This document shows positions 10,244 to 18,996 of a stretch of 64,000 nt of DNA, piece after piece (position 1 is the first letter of the stretch; the number at the start of each line of letters is the position of its first letter). Location of the stretch: NCBI GenBank assembly GCA_943356495.1, contig CALRFF010000001.1:193012-257011 (forward strand), in the 5' to 3' direction. The translations under genes were made by a program, and so were the position numbers. Under the pieces are notes generated by a model. That model saw only the letters and a program-made list of their open reading frames with translations. It was not told the origin of the DNA and did not search any database. The DNA is from Candidatus Nomurabacteria bacterium. Its GTDB lineage: Bacteria; Patescibacteriota; Minisyncoccia; Phycocordibacterales; SBAW01.

Positions 10244-10599
10244 TTCACTTCAAGATCAAGACACACGGAGTTAATGCAGTACCGTTTGCCGGTGGTCTCG
10301 GCGGGGCCGTCATTAAACACGTGGCCCAAATGCCCGCCGCACTTGGCGCACACCACCTCGGTGCGGCGCATGCCGCCGCTGTAGTCCTCGTGCAGGGTGG
10401 TCGAGCCTGCTATAGCATCGTCAAAGCTCGGCCAGCCGGTGCCGGAGTCAAACTTGGTCCCCGATGCAAACAATGGGTTGCCGCATTGCGCGCAATTGTA
10501 GGTACCCTCCCTTTTTTCCTGCAGCAAAGCGCCGGAAAAAGGTTTTTCTGTACCGCGCTCCAGCATCACACGCTTTTGTTCGTCAGTGAGTTCTTTCAT
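10240..10599 (-). CDS. msrB: Peptide-methionine (R)-S-oxide reductase
   Basis: [34 protein letters not shown]. Confidence 0.96.
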   Translation of the reverse strand: MKELTDEQKRVMLERGTEKPFSGALLQEKREGTYNCAQCGNPLFASGTKFDSGTGWPSFDDAIAGSTTLHEDYSGGMRRTEVVCAKCGGHLGHVFNDGPAETTGKRYCINSVCLDLEVK

Positions 10600-10601
10600 G
10601 T

Positions 10602-11276
10602 TTATTCGTCGTACTCCTTTTCGCCCTCCAGACGCACCACCTCCTCTAATTCGGCGGTGAGTTTTGGTATCACGCATAGCACCTTGCCCGCGATTTTAAA
10701 GTCTTCGCGCAAAATAATCGGTTTGTACTTGGGGTCTTTGTTTTCTGGGTGGAGTATCGTAAAGCCGTCTTTCCTCTCCAGCCGCTTGACCGTAACCATG
10801 TCGCCGACAATAGCCGCCACACGGTCGCCGTTTTGCGCATGCTCGGTAAAGCGGATAAGCACGTAGTCGCCGGAGTGTATGCCCGCGTCGGCCATACTTT
10901 CTCCCACGGCGCGCACCGCCACTATCCCGCCGTCCTCCTCCTCTACAATTTTTTTATCTACTTCTAAAAACTCGTCATGCTCTTCTTGCGCAAACTGCGA
11001 CAGGTCGTCACACCCGACGTTTGCCACCACCGGCACGTTGACCGTGCCCCACCCGCCGTCGACGTTGCGTAGCTCGATGTTGCGCCACGTAAACTTGCGC
11101 CGCACGATGTAACCCTTAGACTCCAGTGCCTCGACATACTGCGCCACGGTGCGCACCGACTTAAACCCCAAGTTTTTGCGCAACTCCTCGAGTGTCGGCG
11201 GTTCGCCCTTGGCCTCGACATAGAGGCGGATGTTGTCCAGCACACGCTTCTGCTTGTAGGTTAGTGGTGATTGCAT
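10602..11276 (-). CDS. lexA: LexA-family repressor
   Basis: N-terminal wHTH (LTYKQ..PPTLEEL), peptidase S24 with GESM (Ser) and VTVKR (Lys). Confidence 0.88.
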   Translation of the reverse strand: MQSPLTYKQKRVLDNIRLYVEAKGEPPTLEELRKNLGFKSVRTVAQYVEALESKGYIVRRKFTWRNIELRNVDGGWGTVNVPVVANVGCDDLSQFAQEEHDEFLEVDKKIVEEEDGGIVAVRAVGESMADAGIHSGDYVLIRFTEHAQNGDRVAAIVGDMVTVKRLERKDGFTILHPENKDPKYKPIILREDFKIAGKVLCVIPKLTAELEEVVRLEGEKEYDE

Positions 11277-11354
11277 ACACCTAAATTAACACACCTTTTT
11301 TAGGTGCAATACACTCGGATACACTTGTTTTGTGGATATCCTAAAAAAACCCTG

Positions 11355-12014
11355 CTATTGCAAGGTAATTCCGGTAATCACGACCGGCGTAAGGGGGCGG
11401 TCTGAGCCGTCTGTAGGCACATTGTTGATAGCCATAACGACATCAAGACCGGTTGTAACCTTGCCGAAGACATTGTATTTGCCGTCCAAAAACGCGTTGT
11501 CTGCCGCATTGATAAAGAACTGGCTCCCGTTGGTGTCGGGGCCCGAGTTTGCCATCGACACCACCCCCACCCCGTTGTGGGCGATAACATTTTCGTTAGC
11601 AAATTTGTAGCCCGGCCCGCCGGTGCCCCAGCGCGCCGCCTGCGAGTCGTCGGTGGTTAGCGGGTCACCGCCCTGATTCATAAATCCTTTGATAACGCGA
11701 TGGAACTTGGTGTTGTCGTAAAAGCCCGCCTTAGCAAGCTTAATAAAGTTGGTGGTTGTTTTGGGTGCGGCGTCGGCAAAAAACTCTATTACGATGTCGC
11801 CCTTGCTGGTGTGGAGTGTCGCGTGCATGACTTTAGCGGGATTAGTGGTAGTGGTAGTGGTAGTGGCGGCAGCTGCGGTAGTAGTTGCCACCGTCGGTGT
11901 CGAGGTGGCGTACAGATCGGCGCTTGGGGCGGCCGATTGGCGAGGAGAGATAGCCCAATACCCCGCACCAAGCAACACCGCACCCGCGGCAATAGCAATA
12001 TATACCTTACTCAT
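11355..12014 (-). CDS. Cyclophilin-type peptidyl-prolyl isomerase, membrane anchored
   Basis: FHRVIKGFMNQGGDP, SMANSGPDTNGSQFFI; N-terminal TM and Thr linker. Confidence 0.95.
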   Translation of the reverse strand: MSKVYIAIAAGAVLLGAGYWAISPRQSAAPSADLYATSTPTVATTTAAAATTTTTTTNPAKVMHATLHTSKGDIVIEFFADAAPKTTTNFIKLAKAGFYDNTKFHRVIKGFMNQGGDPLTTDDSQAARWGTGGPGYKFANENVIAHNGVGVVSMANSGPDTNGSQFFINAADNAFLDGKYNVFGKVTTGLDVVMAINNVPTDGSDRPLTPVVITGITLQ

Positions 12015-12023
12015 ACGGTTAGC

Positions 12024-12332
12024 TTAGTGATGTACGCGGTCGCTGTGCGCCGAAAAAAGTTGCTTCCAGTGCAGTTTGGCGACGAAGAAAAGATAAATAA
12101 TTTCCAGTATGCCCATAGTGTGCACCACCAGCAAAATAACAAACCACCAGTACTGCCCACGGCGCGCCGCATGCCATAACGCCAAACCTTTCCACACCAG
12201 CGCCCACGCTACAACCAAAATAATAAACGGAGCGGCTATAGCAAGCGCCGCAAGCATCCACGGATGCTGCATCCATGGCTCTACCGCCCCCGGACCCCAA
12301 CCCCCGTACATACTCCAGTCTTGGTTATACAT
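12024..12332 (-). CDS. Small membrane protein (DUF5652-like)
   Basis: WKGLALWHAARRGQYWWF..GILEIIYLF pattern. Confidence 0.75.
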   Translation of the reverse strand: MYNQDWSMYGGWGPGAVEPWMQHPWMLAALAIAAPFIILVVAWALVWKGLALWHAARRGQYWWFVILLVVHTMGILEIIYLFFVAKLHWKQLFSAHSDRVHH

Positions 12333-12350
12333 ATACCGTAAGTATACCTC

Positions 12351-12728
12351 TTAGGCGGAGTGCTGCTCGGCAGCCTCGGCATCGGCCTTGGTTTTGTGTA
12401 CCGTGCCGTCTTTGTGATTGGGCGGCGCGTACAGGGTATACAGCTTCATCGGGGCGTCGGCGCCATTGATAATGTTGTGCATAACGCCGGCCGGTACCAC
12501 CACCGCAAAACCGGCGGTAATAGCGTGCTCCACGCCGTCAAGCACCGCCGTGCCGCTCCCCGCCTCGACGCGGATAAACTGGTCGAGCTGGTGCACCTCT
12601 GCGCCGATATCCTCACCCGGCTGTAGCGCCATAACTACCACCTGCACACGCTCGTCGGTGTAGAGCACGCGGCGAAAAAACTCATTGGTAAGCGAGTCCT
12701 GCTCGATGTTGGTTACAAATCCTTTCAT
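12351..12728 (-). CDS. Cupin domain protein
   Basis: FRRVLYT, EDIGAEVH, VPAGVMHNIIN, KLYTLYAPPNH. Confidence 0.9.
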   Translation of the reverse strand: MKGFVTNIEQDSLTNEFFRRVLYTDERVQVVVMALQPGEDIGAEVHQLDQFIRVEAGSGTAVLDGVEHAITAGFAVVVPAGVMHNIINGADAPMKLYTLYAPPNHKDGTVHKTKADAEAAEQHSA

Positions 12729-12768
12729 CTGCCCAGTATAACAAATAAGTGTATGCACACCGCGTGCG

Positions 12769-12906
12769 TCAACTAACGATCCCTACCAACGACTTGGCGA
12801 AATTAAGCACGAGCGTAAGGATAGCAATAAAAAAGTTAATAATGAGCGTTAGTACGCCGAGCAGGAACGACAGAATGGTCTGCAATATAGCTTCTATGGC
12901 TTGCAT
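12769..12906 (-). CDS. 45-aa hydrophobic small protein (below ORF-track cutoff)
   Basis: MQAIEAILQTILSFLLGVLTLIINFFIAILTLVLNFAKSLVGIVS*; starts 4 nt after the upstream stop and fills the gap. Confidence 0.6.
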   Translation of the reverse strand: MQAIEAILQTILSFLLGVLTLIINFFIAILTLVLNFAKSLVGIVS

Positions 12907-12910
12907 GGTT

Positions 12911-13240
12911 TTAGAGTATCACCTGTTGCGGCGGCTGCTCAACCACCACAGGGCGGGCGGCCACCTCGTTTATTACCTTGCGGGTGGTGGCCAGCTCGTC
13001 CTCAACCTGCTTTTTTTGTTTAACCAACTGGTGGTAGTTGTACTCGTCGCGGATAAGCCCCGGCAAAAGCATAAGCAGGGTAATAACCACGCCGGCCATC
13101 AGCGCCAAAAAGAGCACTACTGCAAGCGAGCCCGATATATGCCACGTTAAAAACGTGACCGTAATAGGCGTAATATTTTGTAGGACAAAGATAACCGATA
13201 AAGCGCCCAGCAGTGCCCCCAGCAGCATAAAAAGTATCAT
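12911..13240 (-). CDS. LapA/DUF1049 family membrane protein
   Basis: FVLQNITPITVTFLTW, second TM, coiled-coil tail. Confidence 0.8.
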   Translation of the reverse strand: MILFMLLGALLGALSVIFVLQNITPITVTFLTWHISGSLAVVLFLALMAGVVITLLMLLPGLIRDEYNYHQLVKQKKQVEDELATTRKVINEVAARPVVVEQPPQQVIL

Positions 13241-13295
13241 GCACCCAGTATTGCTGAGTTGCATGAAGTTTAGATGTACTGCTCAGAAACACCGC

Positions 13296-13330
13296 CTCTA
13301 TTGCAGTGTTTTGCAAAACACTAGCATAGA
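13296..13330. repeat. 35-bp direct repeat, copy 1 (palindromic; encodes C-terminus of ArsR-like gene)
   Basis: CTCTATTGCAGTGTTTTGCAAAACACTAGCATAGA, identical to 13595-13629. Confidence 0.95.
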
Positions 13331-13585
13331 CTCGGCGCGGGGCGTGAGTTTGTGGCGGACCGCCGGACCTTCGTTGCGCTTGAGCAGTAAACCGGCGGCG
13401 GCCAGCTTGCGCACGTGGTCGGAAGCGTTTTCATACCCCATCTTCAACCGTTCGGATATATCAAGCACCGACAGCTCCGGCTGGCGGTGCAGCAGATCGA
13501 GGATCTGCAGGCGGCGGTGGCTCGCGACGCCTTTGATAATCCGTTCGAGGCGGCGGTAGTCCCCCGTACTTAGTGGGTTCGGCAT
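13298..13585 (-). CDS. ArsR-like winged-helix protein
   Basis: VASHRRLQILDLL, ELSVLDISERL, ASDHVRKLAAAGLL. Confidence 0.85.
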   Translation of the reverse strand: MPNPLSTGDYRRLERIIKGVASHRRLQILDLLHRQPELSVLDISERLKMGYENASDHVRKLAAAGLLLKRNEGPAVRHKLTPRAESMLVFCKTLQ

Positions 13586-13594
13586 ATAGCATTA

Positions 13595-13629
13595 CTCTAT
13601 TGCAGTGTTTTGCAAAACACTAGCATAGA
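13595..13629. repeat. 35-bp direct repeat, copy 2 (upstream of ArsR-like start)
   Basis: Identical to 13296-13330; contains perfect 18-bp palindrome AGTGTTTTGCAAAACACT. Confidence 0.95.
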
Positions 13630-13746
13630 GCTGGGGATAAAACAGGGAGGGATAGAAAAAGCGGGTGGAGTGGGGCGCGTGCCTGCGGTACTCCGCCGGA
13701 CACGCGCCTTAGGAGATAGGATTGCGGGGTGGAGGCGTTGGGGGGG

Positions 13747-13818
13747 TTAGCCGGAGACCTCGACGCTAAAGCCGCCGTAGGACATACGCTTAGGATCCAT
13801 CGGCATGTCGGCGTTGAG
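13747..13818 (-). pseudogene. 3' remnant of a DUF1428-like gene
   Basis: NADMPMDPKRMSYGGFSVEVSG* resembles the DUF1428 C-terminal MPFDxKRMxYGGF motif; no matching upstream part. Confidence 0.55.
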
Positions 13819-13835
13819 CCAAAAACCTGAGATAC

Positions 13836-13862
13836 CCCGCGCGCTGCAAAGCGCGCGGTTTT
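13836..13862 (+). terminator. GCAA-loop hairpin, orphan copy of the terminator at 14602
   Basis: CCCGCGCGCTGCAAAGCGCGCGG (23 bp identical to 14602-14624) followed by TTTT. Confidence 0.6.
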
Positions 13863-13936
13863 CATGACCTAGCGAAGCGAGCAAACAAAAGCTTGCTTTT
13901 GATTTGTCGCGAGCGACGGGCCTATCAGCAGAGCCG

Positions 13937-14158
13937 TTATTGGTCGACTGAAAAGATTTTAGAGGGGCTGCGGTGGCCCGAAATAAGCCGCACCTTGGCC
14001 GCCGGCAGCGCAAAGTGCCGCGCCACCAGCTCGAGCACGCGGCGGTTGGCCAAGTTTTGTTTGGCGGGCTGTTTGACCACTATCTTTAGCCGGTCGTTAG
14101 CAAGCAACTCTACCTTTTCTTCCTTTGCGCCGGCGAGTACCCGTACACTGATATACAT
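13937..14158 (-). CDS. DUF167/YggU family protein
   Basis: VRVLAGAKEE, PAKQNLAN, ISGHRSPSKIF. Confidence 0.85.
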   Translation of the reverse strand: MYISVRVLAGAKEEKVELLANDRLKIVVKQPAKQNLANRRVLELVARHFALPAAKVRLISGHRSPSKIFSVDQ

Positions 14159-14214
14159 ATATCAACGCTAGCAAATCTAAAGAAATTAGCTATACTCGCC
14201 GATAGAGGGCACGC

Positions 14215-14598
14215 ATGGGGTATGTCATGAGACACGTAGTAGCACTGGTTGTTGCTGCTTGCCTGTGGGCCACCGAGGCTCAGGCGCAGGTTGAGCAGGA
14301 AGAGGTGCTGGGGTGTCGCTCGGCCGAGCAGCTGACCGAGCTTATCGACCTGTTGCGCGACGGCAAGGTGGCCGACTCGCACCGCCGCTTCCGACAACTG
14401 AGCCGCCGGCCCGACAGGCAGTGTACGGTAGCGCCGGTGGGGAAAGTGCTGAAGTTTGAGGTGGTTAAGACCTATCACTATCTGGTCTTGGCCAAGCGCT
14501 TTGTGAGCGACGCCGTGGTGCTGAGGGTCGAGTACCAAAACGGCATGGTCGTATATATTGTGCTCGACCGCGTAGTCGGTTATGCCACCGAGATTTAG
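14215..14598 (+). CDS. Hypothetical secreted protein
   Basis: Signal peptide (AQA), two Cys, GAGGG upstream, followed by terminator. Confidence 0.65.
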   Translation: MGYVMRHVVALVVAACLWATEAQAQVEQEEVLGCRSAEQLTELIDLLRDGKVADSHRRFRQLSRRPDRQCTVAPVGKVLKFEVVKTYHYLVLAKRFVSDAVVLRVEYQNGMVVYIVLDRVVGYATEI

Positions 14599-14601
14599 TT
14601 T

Positions 14602-14631
14602 CCCGCGCGCTGCAAAGCGCGCGGGTTTTTT
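14602..14631 (+). terminator. Intrinsic terminator between convergent genes
   Basis: CCCGCGCGCT-GCAA-AGCGCGCGGG plus T6. Confidence 0.85.
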
Positions 14632-15247
14632 ATTGCAACAGTGTTTTAAGCACCGGCAGCACGCGCTTAGCAATGCGGGCGTAGCCCGCTTGGTTGGGGT
14701 GTACTGCGTCATACATAAACTCCTCGTTGCCTAACAGCCCACTAAGTACATCGGGGACAAAGGCTGTATGATACTGCTTGGCCAAAGCTTCGAAGCTGTT
14801 TTTAAAATTATCCTGCAACAAGCCGCCGCGCACGCCAAGCAAAAGTACTATCGCACCTTTTGCCTGCATAGTTTCGATAATAGTGGCAAGGTTGGTAAAG
14901 GTCTGCTCGCGTGGGACACGGCCTAAGTAGTCGTTGCCGCCCAAGAGCACGATAACCACCTTGGGGTTGTAAGCGTCTACTTGGCCGATGTGCTCGAGCG
15001 CTTTGGAGGTAGTGTCGCCGGAGTAGCCGAGGTTGATGATGGGCTGACCCACCGCGCGCGACAGCAGGTCGACCAACCCTTCCCCTTCGGGGGCGCCTTT
15101 GCCGGTTACCAAACTGTCGCCAAAGGCGATAACGTCGGTGCCGCTTGAGGGGTAGTTGGTTATAACGGGCGCGGGGCGGGAAAACAGGTACGCACCCGCA
15201 AGCGCAGCAGCAATCACGAGTACGATTATGTACCAACGCTTGTTCAT
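14630..15247 (-). CDS. GDSL/SGNH arylesterase
   Basis: AFGDSL, GYSGDTT, LGGND, DAVHPN. Confidence 0.93.
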   Translation of the reverse strand: MNKRWYIIVLVIAAALAGAYLFSRPAPVITNYPSSGTDVIAFGDSLVTGKGAPEGEGLVDLLSRAVGQPIINLGYSGDTTSKALEHIGQVDAYNPKVVIVLLGGNDYLGRVPREQTFTNLATIIETMQAKGAIVLLLGVRGGLLQDNFKNSFEALAKQYHTAFVPDVLSGLLGNEEFMYDAVHPNQAGYARIAKRVLPVLKTLLQ

Positions 15248-15591
15248 GCGCGTTCTATTGCGCGCAGTGCGCGGCGGCACTCGCGATAGTTGGGTACGCA
15301 CTTTGCCACCAGCGCCCAAAATGCAGGGCCGTGGTTAAACTCTTTTAGATGGCACAGCTCGTGGACGACTACATAGTCGGCCAGCGCAGGCGGCAGGAGC
15401 ACCAGTTTGTAATTAAAATTTAAATTGCCCTTTTGTGAGCAGCTGGCCCAGCGCGACTTGGTGTTTTTTATAAATACTTTGCCGACCGCATGGCCGTAAA
15501 AAGCGTTAAAGTATCCCACCCGCGCGTGCATTAATGCACGCGCACTTTCTTTAAGCTGCAGGTAGTGCTTTCTGTTTCTGCGCCGGAGCAT
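15244..15591 (-). CDS. YgjP/DUF45-like zinc metallopeptidase
   Basis: KSRWASCS, YVVVHELCHLKEFNHGPAFW. Confidence 0.9.
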   Translation of the reverse strand: MLRRRNRKHYLQLKESARALMHARVGYFNAFYGHAVGKVFIKNTKSRWASCSQKGNLNFNYKLVLLPPALADYVVVHELCHLKEFNHGPAFWALVAKCVPNYRECRRALRAIERA

Positions 15592-16484
15592 TACTGCACT
15601 ATAACAAGTGTCTTGCGGATTGAGTCAAACTGGCCCACCAGCGCGTCGTGGTTAAACTCACTGACCGTGCCTTCGGGATAGTTTTCTATAGCGCCGTAGT
15701 GTATGTAGTAGCGCACCGCGACGCAGGGGTTGGTGCCCGGCAAGGCAAACACCTGCTCTTCGTAGCGGTTGCCCGCGGCGGCGCCGGTTGAGGACGCGTA
15801 GGAGTATACGGTCGTGCCTTCGGCCAAGTTGCTGGCGGTAACGCTGTCCAAAAACTTTGTCGCAGAACATGCGGGGGTGTCGGGAAGCTGCTCGACCGAC
15901 ACGTACGAGTCGCTGCTAAGGTTGGTCCCCTGCGCCACCGCAGGGTCAATACTAAATTTGACGCCGTTTATCTCTTTGTTGGGGCCGAGCTGCTCGTAAA
16001 CATAGGTTTCGTCGCCTATATAGTGTGCAGGGTACCGCAAAGAAAAACCTTCTTGTCCGCTGGCGTATACCTGCGGCAAGTTATCGTCGTCGGCAACTCT
16101 GATGCAGTTTAGGTATGACTTTTCTGTATTGTCCTCGAGCACCAGTGCGCCGTTGCCTTTGTCCCAAAAGACAAACGACTCGTCTTTGTTGGCGTAGCGC
16201 ACCCCGCTTGCCGACACGGTTTGTGCAAGTTCGAGCGTGCGGCCGTCGCTTAGGACCACCGTGGCGCTACCGGTTGGAGTGGCGGACTGCGCACCGGCAT
16301 AGAGCGCGACGTCCATGGTCTTTTCCTCATCACATTGGTAGTGCACTTGGGAAATTAGCTGGCCCTCGTGCGTAGCGCCGAACAATTGCGCAAAAAACGG
16401 CGAGTACCGCCACTGCCACGCGACAAACGCCGCCACGAGCAACAGGACGATTGCAACTAACGTGCCGGTTTTAGGAACGTGCAT
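15591..16484 (-). CDS. Membrane-anchored MliC-domain protein with additional C-terminal domain
   Basis: YQCDEEK...LAQTVSASGVRYANKDESFVFWDKGNGA matches the MliC/PliC SASGxRY..W.KG motif. Confidence 0.75.
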   Translation of the reverse strand: MHVPKTGTLVAIVLLLVAAFVAWQWRYSPFFAQLFGATHEGQLISQVHYQCDEEKTMDVALYAGAQSATPTGSATVVLSDGRTLELAQTVSASGVRYANKDESFVFWDKGNGALVLEDNTEKSYLNCIRVADDDNLPQVYASGQEGFSLRYPAHYIGDETYVYEQLGPNKEINGVKFSIDPAVAQGTNLSSDSYVSVEQLPDTPACSATKFLDSVTASNLAEGTTVYSYASSTGAAAGNRYEEQVFALPGTNPCVAVRYYIHYGAIENYPEGTVSEFNHDALVGQFDSIRKTLVIVQ

Positions 16485-16487
16485 AGG

Positions 16488-16871
16488 TTATACGACACCA
16501 CTGTGCTTCTTTTCTTTCAGATACGAGTCGACCGCAAGCGCCAAGGCGGCCGCAGCGATGCTTATATCGCGGAAGATAACCTCGAAGTTATTGAAGTCAA
16601 AGACCACTATTGCCATAAGCATCGCTGCGGCGAGCGCCGCAGGATACAGCACCTTGTAGCCCGAAAGCAACCACAACGCGATAAGCACCTCGACTACCCC
16701 AAACGCATGCAAGACCACCAGGTCGGACACGCCGACACTTGCCGCGGCGTCGAGCACAAACCGCGGGAAGTACCCGAGCCATGAGGTAGGGTCCATGAGC
16801 GCCGCATACGGCGGATAAAGGAACGCAAAGGCAACGCCGAGCCGGAGTATACGGTTGCTTGTTTTGTCCAT
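16488..16871 (-). CDS. DoxX-like membrane protein
   Basis: ILRLGVAFAF, GVVEVLIALWLLSG, FRDI; four TMs. Confidence 0.7.
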   Translation of the reverse strand: MDKTSNRILRLGVAFAFLYPPYAALMDPTSWLGYFPRFVLDAAASVGVSDLVVLHAFGVVEVLIALWLLSGYKVLYPAALAAAMLMAIVVFDFNNFEVIFRDISIAAAALALAVDSYLKEKKHSGVV

Positions 16872-17437
16872 TATTTAACTATAACAGAACCGCCGGCGCT
16901 AGCGTTGGTGTGGTCGTGATAACTGAAGGTGCCCGTCTGATTGAAGGTAAAGCTGTAGCTGGTGCCGTCCGCACACTGGTCAAACGGCTTGGCTCCCGTG
17001 TAGCCTGCGGCGCAGTGCGATGAGCGGTCAGTACCGTCGTAGACAGTGTGGCTTGGGTGTGATGCCGAGGCGACCCACATAGGGGTATCCGTAGAGACAA
17101 ACTTGACCGTGTCGCCCTTGTTAATAGTGACACTCGACGGGCTAAACCCGTTCCCGCTGTACGTGACCGTAACTGTTTTTGCCGCAGGTGCAGTAACCGT
17201 AACGCCGGCCGATACGCCCGCGCCGGTGCTACCGGTATTTTGTGTACCGGTGTTTTGCGTACCAGTGCTTGCCGTCGGCGTCGTGTCGTTAGTAGGCGTG
17301 GTGTTTGTGGTGTCGTTTGCGGCGGGAGTTGTGGCTGCTTGCTCGCTTACTACTGCAGGCTCCTGCATAAAGTACCATGCACCGCCCGCGATAATAGCTA
17401 CCCCTACTACCAATGTCGCCAATGTTGATGATTTCAT
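16871..17437 (-). CDS. Cupredoxin/plastocyanin-like membrane-anchored protein
   Basis: GFSPSSVTINKGDTVKF, SYSFTFNQTGTFSYHDH. Confidence 0.8.
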   Translation of the reverse strand: MKSSTLATLVVGVAIIAGGAWYFMQEPAVVSEQAATTPAANDTTNTTPTNDTTPTASTGTQNTGTQNTGSTGAGVSAGVTVTAPAAKTVTVTYSGNGFSPSSVTINKGDTVKFVSTDTPMWVASASHPSHTVYDGTDRSSHCAAGYTGAKPFDQCADGTSYSFTFNQTGTFSYHDHTNASAGGSVIVK

Positions 17438-17465
17438 GTGATTGATTAATTAAGCGTTAATGGGA

Positions 17466-18956
17466 CTACTTTAACATATCCCACATAGTGGGGTCTGCCG
17501 CGCCGCCTAAGCTAAAGACAGCCACCCCGCGTACGCCCAAGCGGCGCGCCAAGTCGACTTTGTCTTTAATCGCGGCGGGATCGCTCCACGTAATGTAGTT
17601 AAACGGCTGAAAGGTGTTGGTTTGGCCACCCGCGTTTTGTGCAACCGAGGTAGTGGGACTTGTGTTTTCCGGCGTCTGGGTTTGGTTGGCAAAGCCGGGG
17701 CCTACGCCAAGCGCCGCGCTCGGCGGCGTGTAGGTAAACCCAAGCTCCCCCGCGCTGGTGCGCATAGGCGTTACGCCGTACTGCGCGGCAATTTGCAACG
17801 CGTAGTTAGGGTTAAACGCCCAGAGCCGTTTGTATTTGTAGCCGCCGTTTCCAAGCGGCGTCACTTCGTACTCGTAGCCGTAGTTGGCGATGCCGATAAT
17901 GATTTTGTTTTTTGCGATAGACTGCGCGGCCAACTTAACAATATTTTCGGCCCAGCCCGGGTCGGCAACCGGCGCGTAGGGCGCGGTGCGCGCACCATTA
18001 AGACGCACACTTACCGTGCCTTGGTCGTAGGTCATAATTTCGACGCGATCGCAGTATTTATTGATTGCCGCGTAGTCGTTGGCGTAGGTGGTGGCATCGG
18101 GCGGTATGGTGGCGCCGGTGCTGTACCTATCTTCGAGCGGCATGCGGGCCTCGATAGCGCAGTACACCCACTTGTTGCCCATGCGCTGGTACAAGCCCTT
18201 TAGAAAAGTGGAAAAGTAGTTTATCGTATCGGCTTTTTTAGCCTCGAAGTCGATGTCGATGCCGTCGAAGCCGTTGGCCATAACCGTTGCGGCTATCTCG
18301 TCCTCGAGCGCAATACGCGTCGTGCTGTTGCTGAGTATGCGGTGCATCGCCTCGCCGTCGCCCCACATGACGGTCGGTACCACCCGCACACCCTTGGCTT
18401 TAGCGGCGGCTATAAACGCGGGCCACACACCTTGGGAAATTTTGGCGTGGTCTATAAGTTTGCCGTCGTCGGACACGGCGTAGCTAAACGGCATCACGCT
18501 TTTTAGTTGGCTAAGATGCGGCGTGACATCGGCAGTGCCGCTGGCGGCGCGCCAGTCGGGCACCCAGCCGGAAAACTCTAACGGACCGGTGTAGGGGCCG
18601 GTAAGCGACTTGCCGGTAAGTGTGCCGGCCTGTACCGGCGGTGTTGCAGGGACCGAGTCGCCGAGCCCCAATGCCGCTTGGGTTTTGGGCCCCGCCAAGC
18701 CGTAGCTAGAGCCGGAGCAGACTATGTTTTGCTCGCATTGAAACTTTTTTACCGCGGCAAGCGTGAGGCTACCGAAGTAGCCGGTTGCGGCAGCCGAAAG
18801 ATAGCCTTTGCCGATAAGCGCCTGCTGGAGCGCGGTGACGTCTGCCCCCGACATACCGCTGGAGAGCGAGCGCGTTGCTGCGGAAACACCGGCAGGAAGC
18901 ACTAAAACGCACACAAGCAAGAATACAGAAATTAAAAAAGTCCGTCGCATACCCAT
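17466..18956 (-). CDS. GH18 glycoside hydrolase with peptidoglycan-binding domain
   Basis: PG-binding motif DVTALQQAL..GYFGSLTLAAVKKFQ; GH18 FDGIDIDFE intact; MTYD. Confidence 0.88.
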   Translation of the reverse strand: MGMRRTFLISVFLLVCVLVLPAGVSAATRSLSSGMSGADVTALQQALIGKGYLSAAATGYFGSLTLAAVKKFQCEQNIVCSGSSYGLAGPKTQAALGLGDSVPATPPVQAGTLTGKSLTGPYTGPLEFSGWVPDWRAASGTADVTPHLSQLKSVMPFSYAVSDDGKLIDHAKISQGVWPAFIAAAKAKGVRVVPTVMWGDGEAMHRILSNSTTRIALEDEIAATVMANGFDGIDIDFEAKKADTINYFSTFLKGLYQRMGNKWVYCAIEARMPLEDRYSTGATIPPDATTYANDYAAINKYCDRVEIMTYDQGTVSVRLNGARTAPYAPVADPGWAENIVKLAAQSIAKNKIIIGIANYGYEYEVTPLGNGGYKYKRLWAFNPNYALQIAAQYGVTPMRTSAGELGFTYTPPSAALGVGPGFANQTQTPENTSPTTSVAQNAGGQTNTFQPFNYITWSDPAAIKDKVDLARRLGVRGVAVFSLGGAADPTMWDMLK

Positions 18957-18996
18957 AGTGTAGCAGACGGACTATGAAGATACCGATTACCGGCGG

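Noticed and set aside
11843-11866. (TAGTGG)x4 tandem repeat as a phase-variation tract
   Set aside because: It is an in-frame hexamer encoding a Thr linker of the cyclophilin.
13296-13629. 35-bp palindromic repeat as a CRISPR array
   Set aside because: Only two copies, separated by a 264-bp coding spacer, and no cas genes in the window.
17225-17325. TGTQN / NDTT peptide repeats
   Set aside because: Ordinary low-complexity linker of a membrane-anchored protein.
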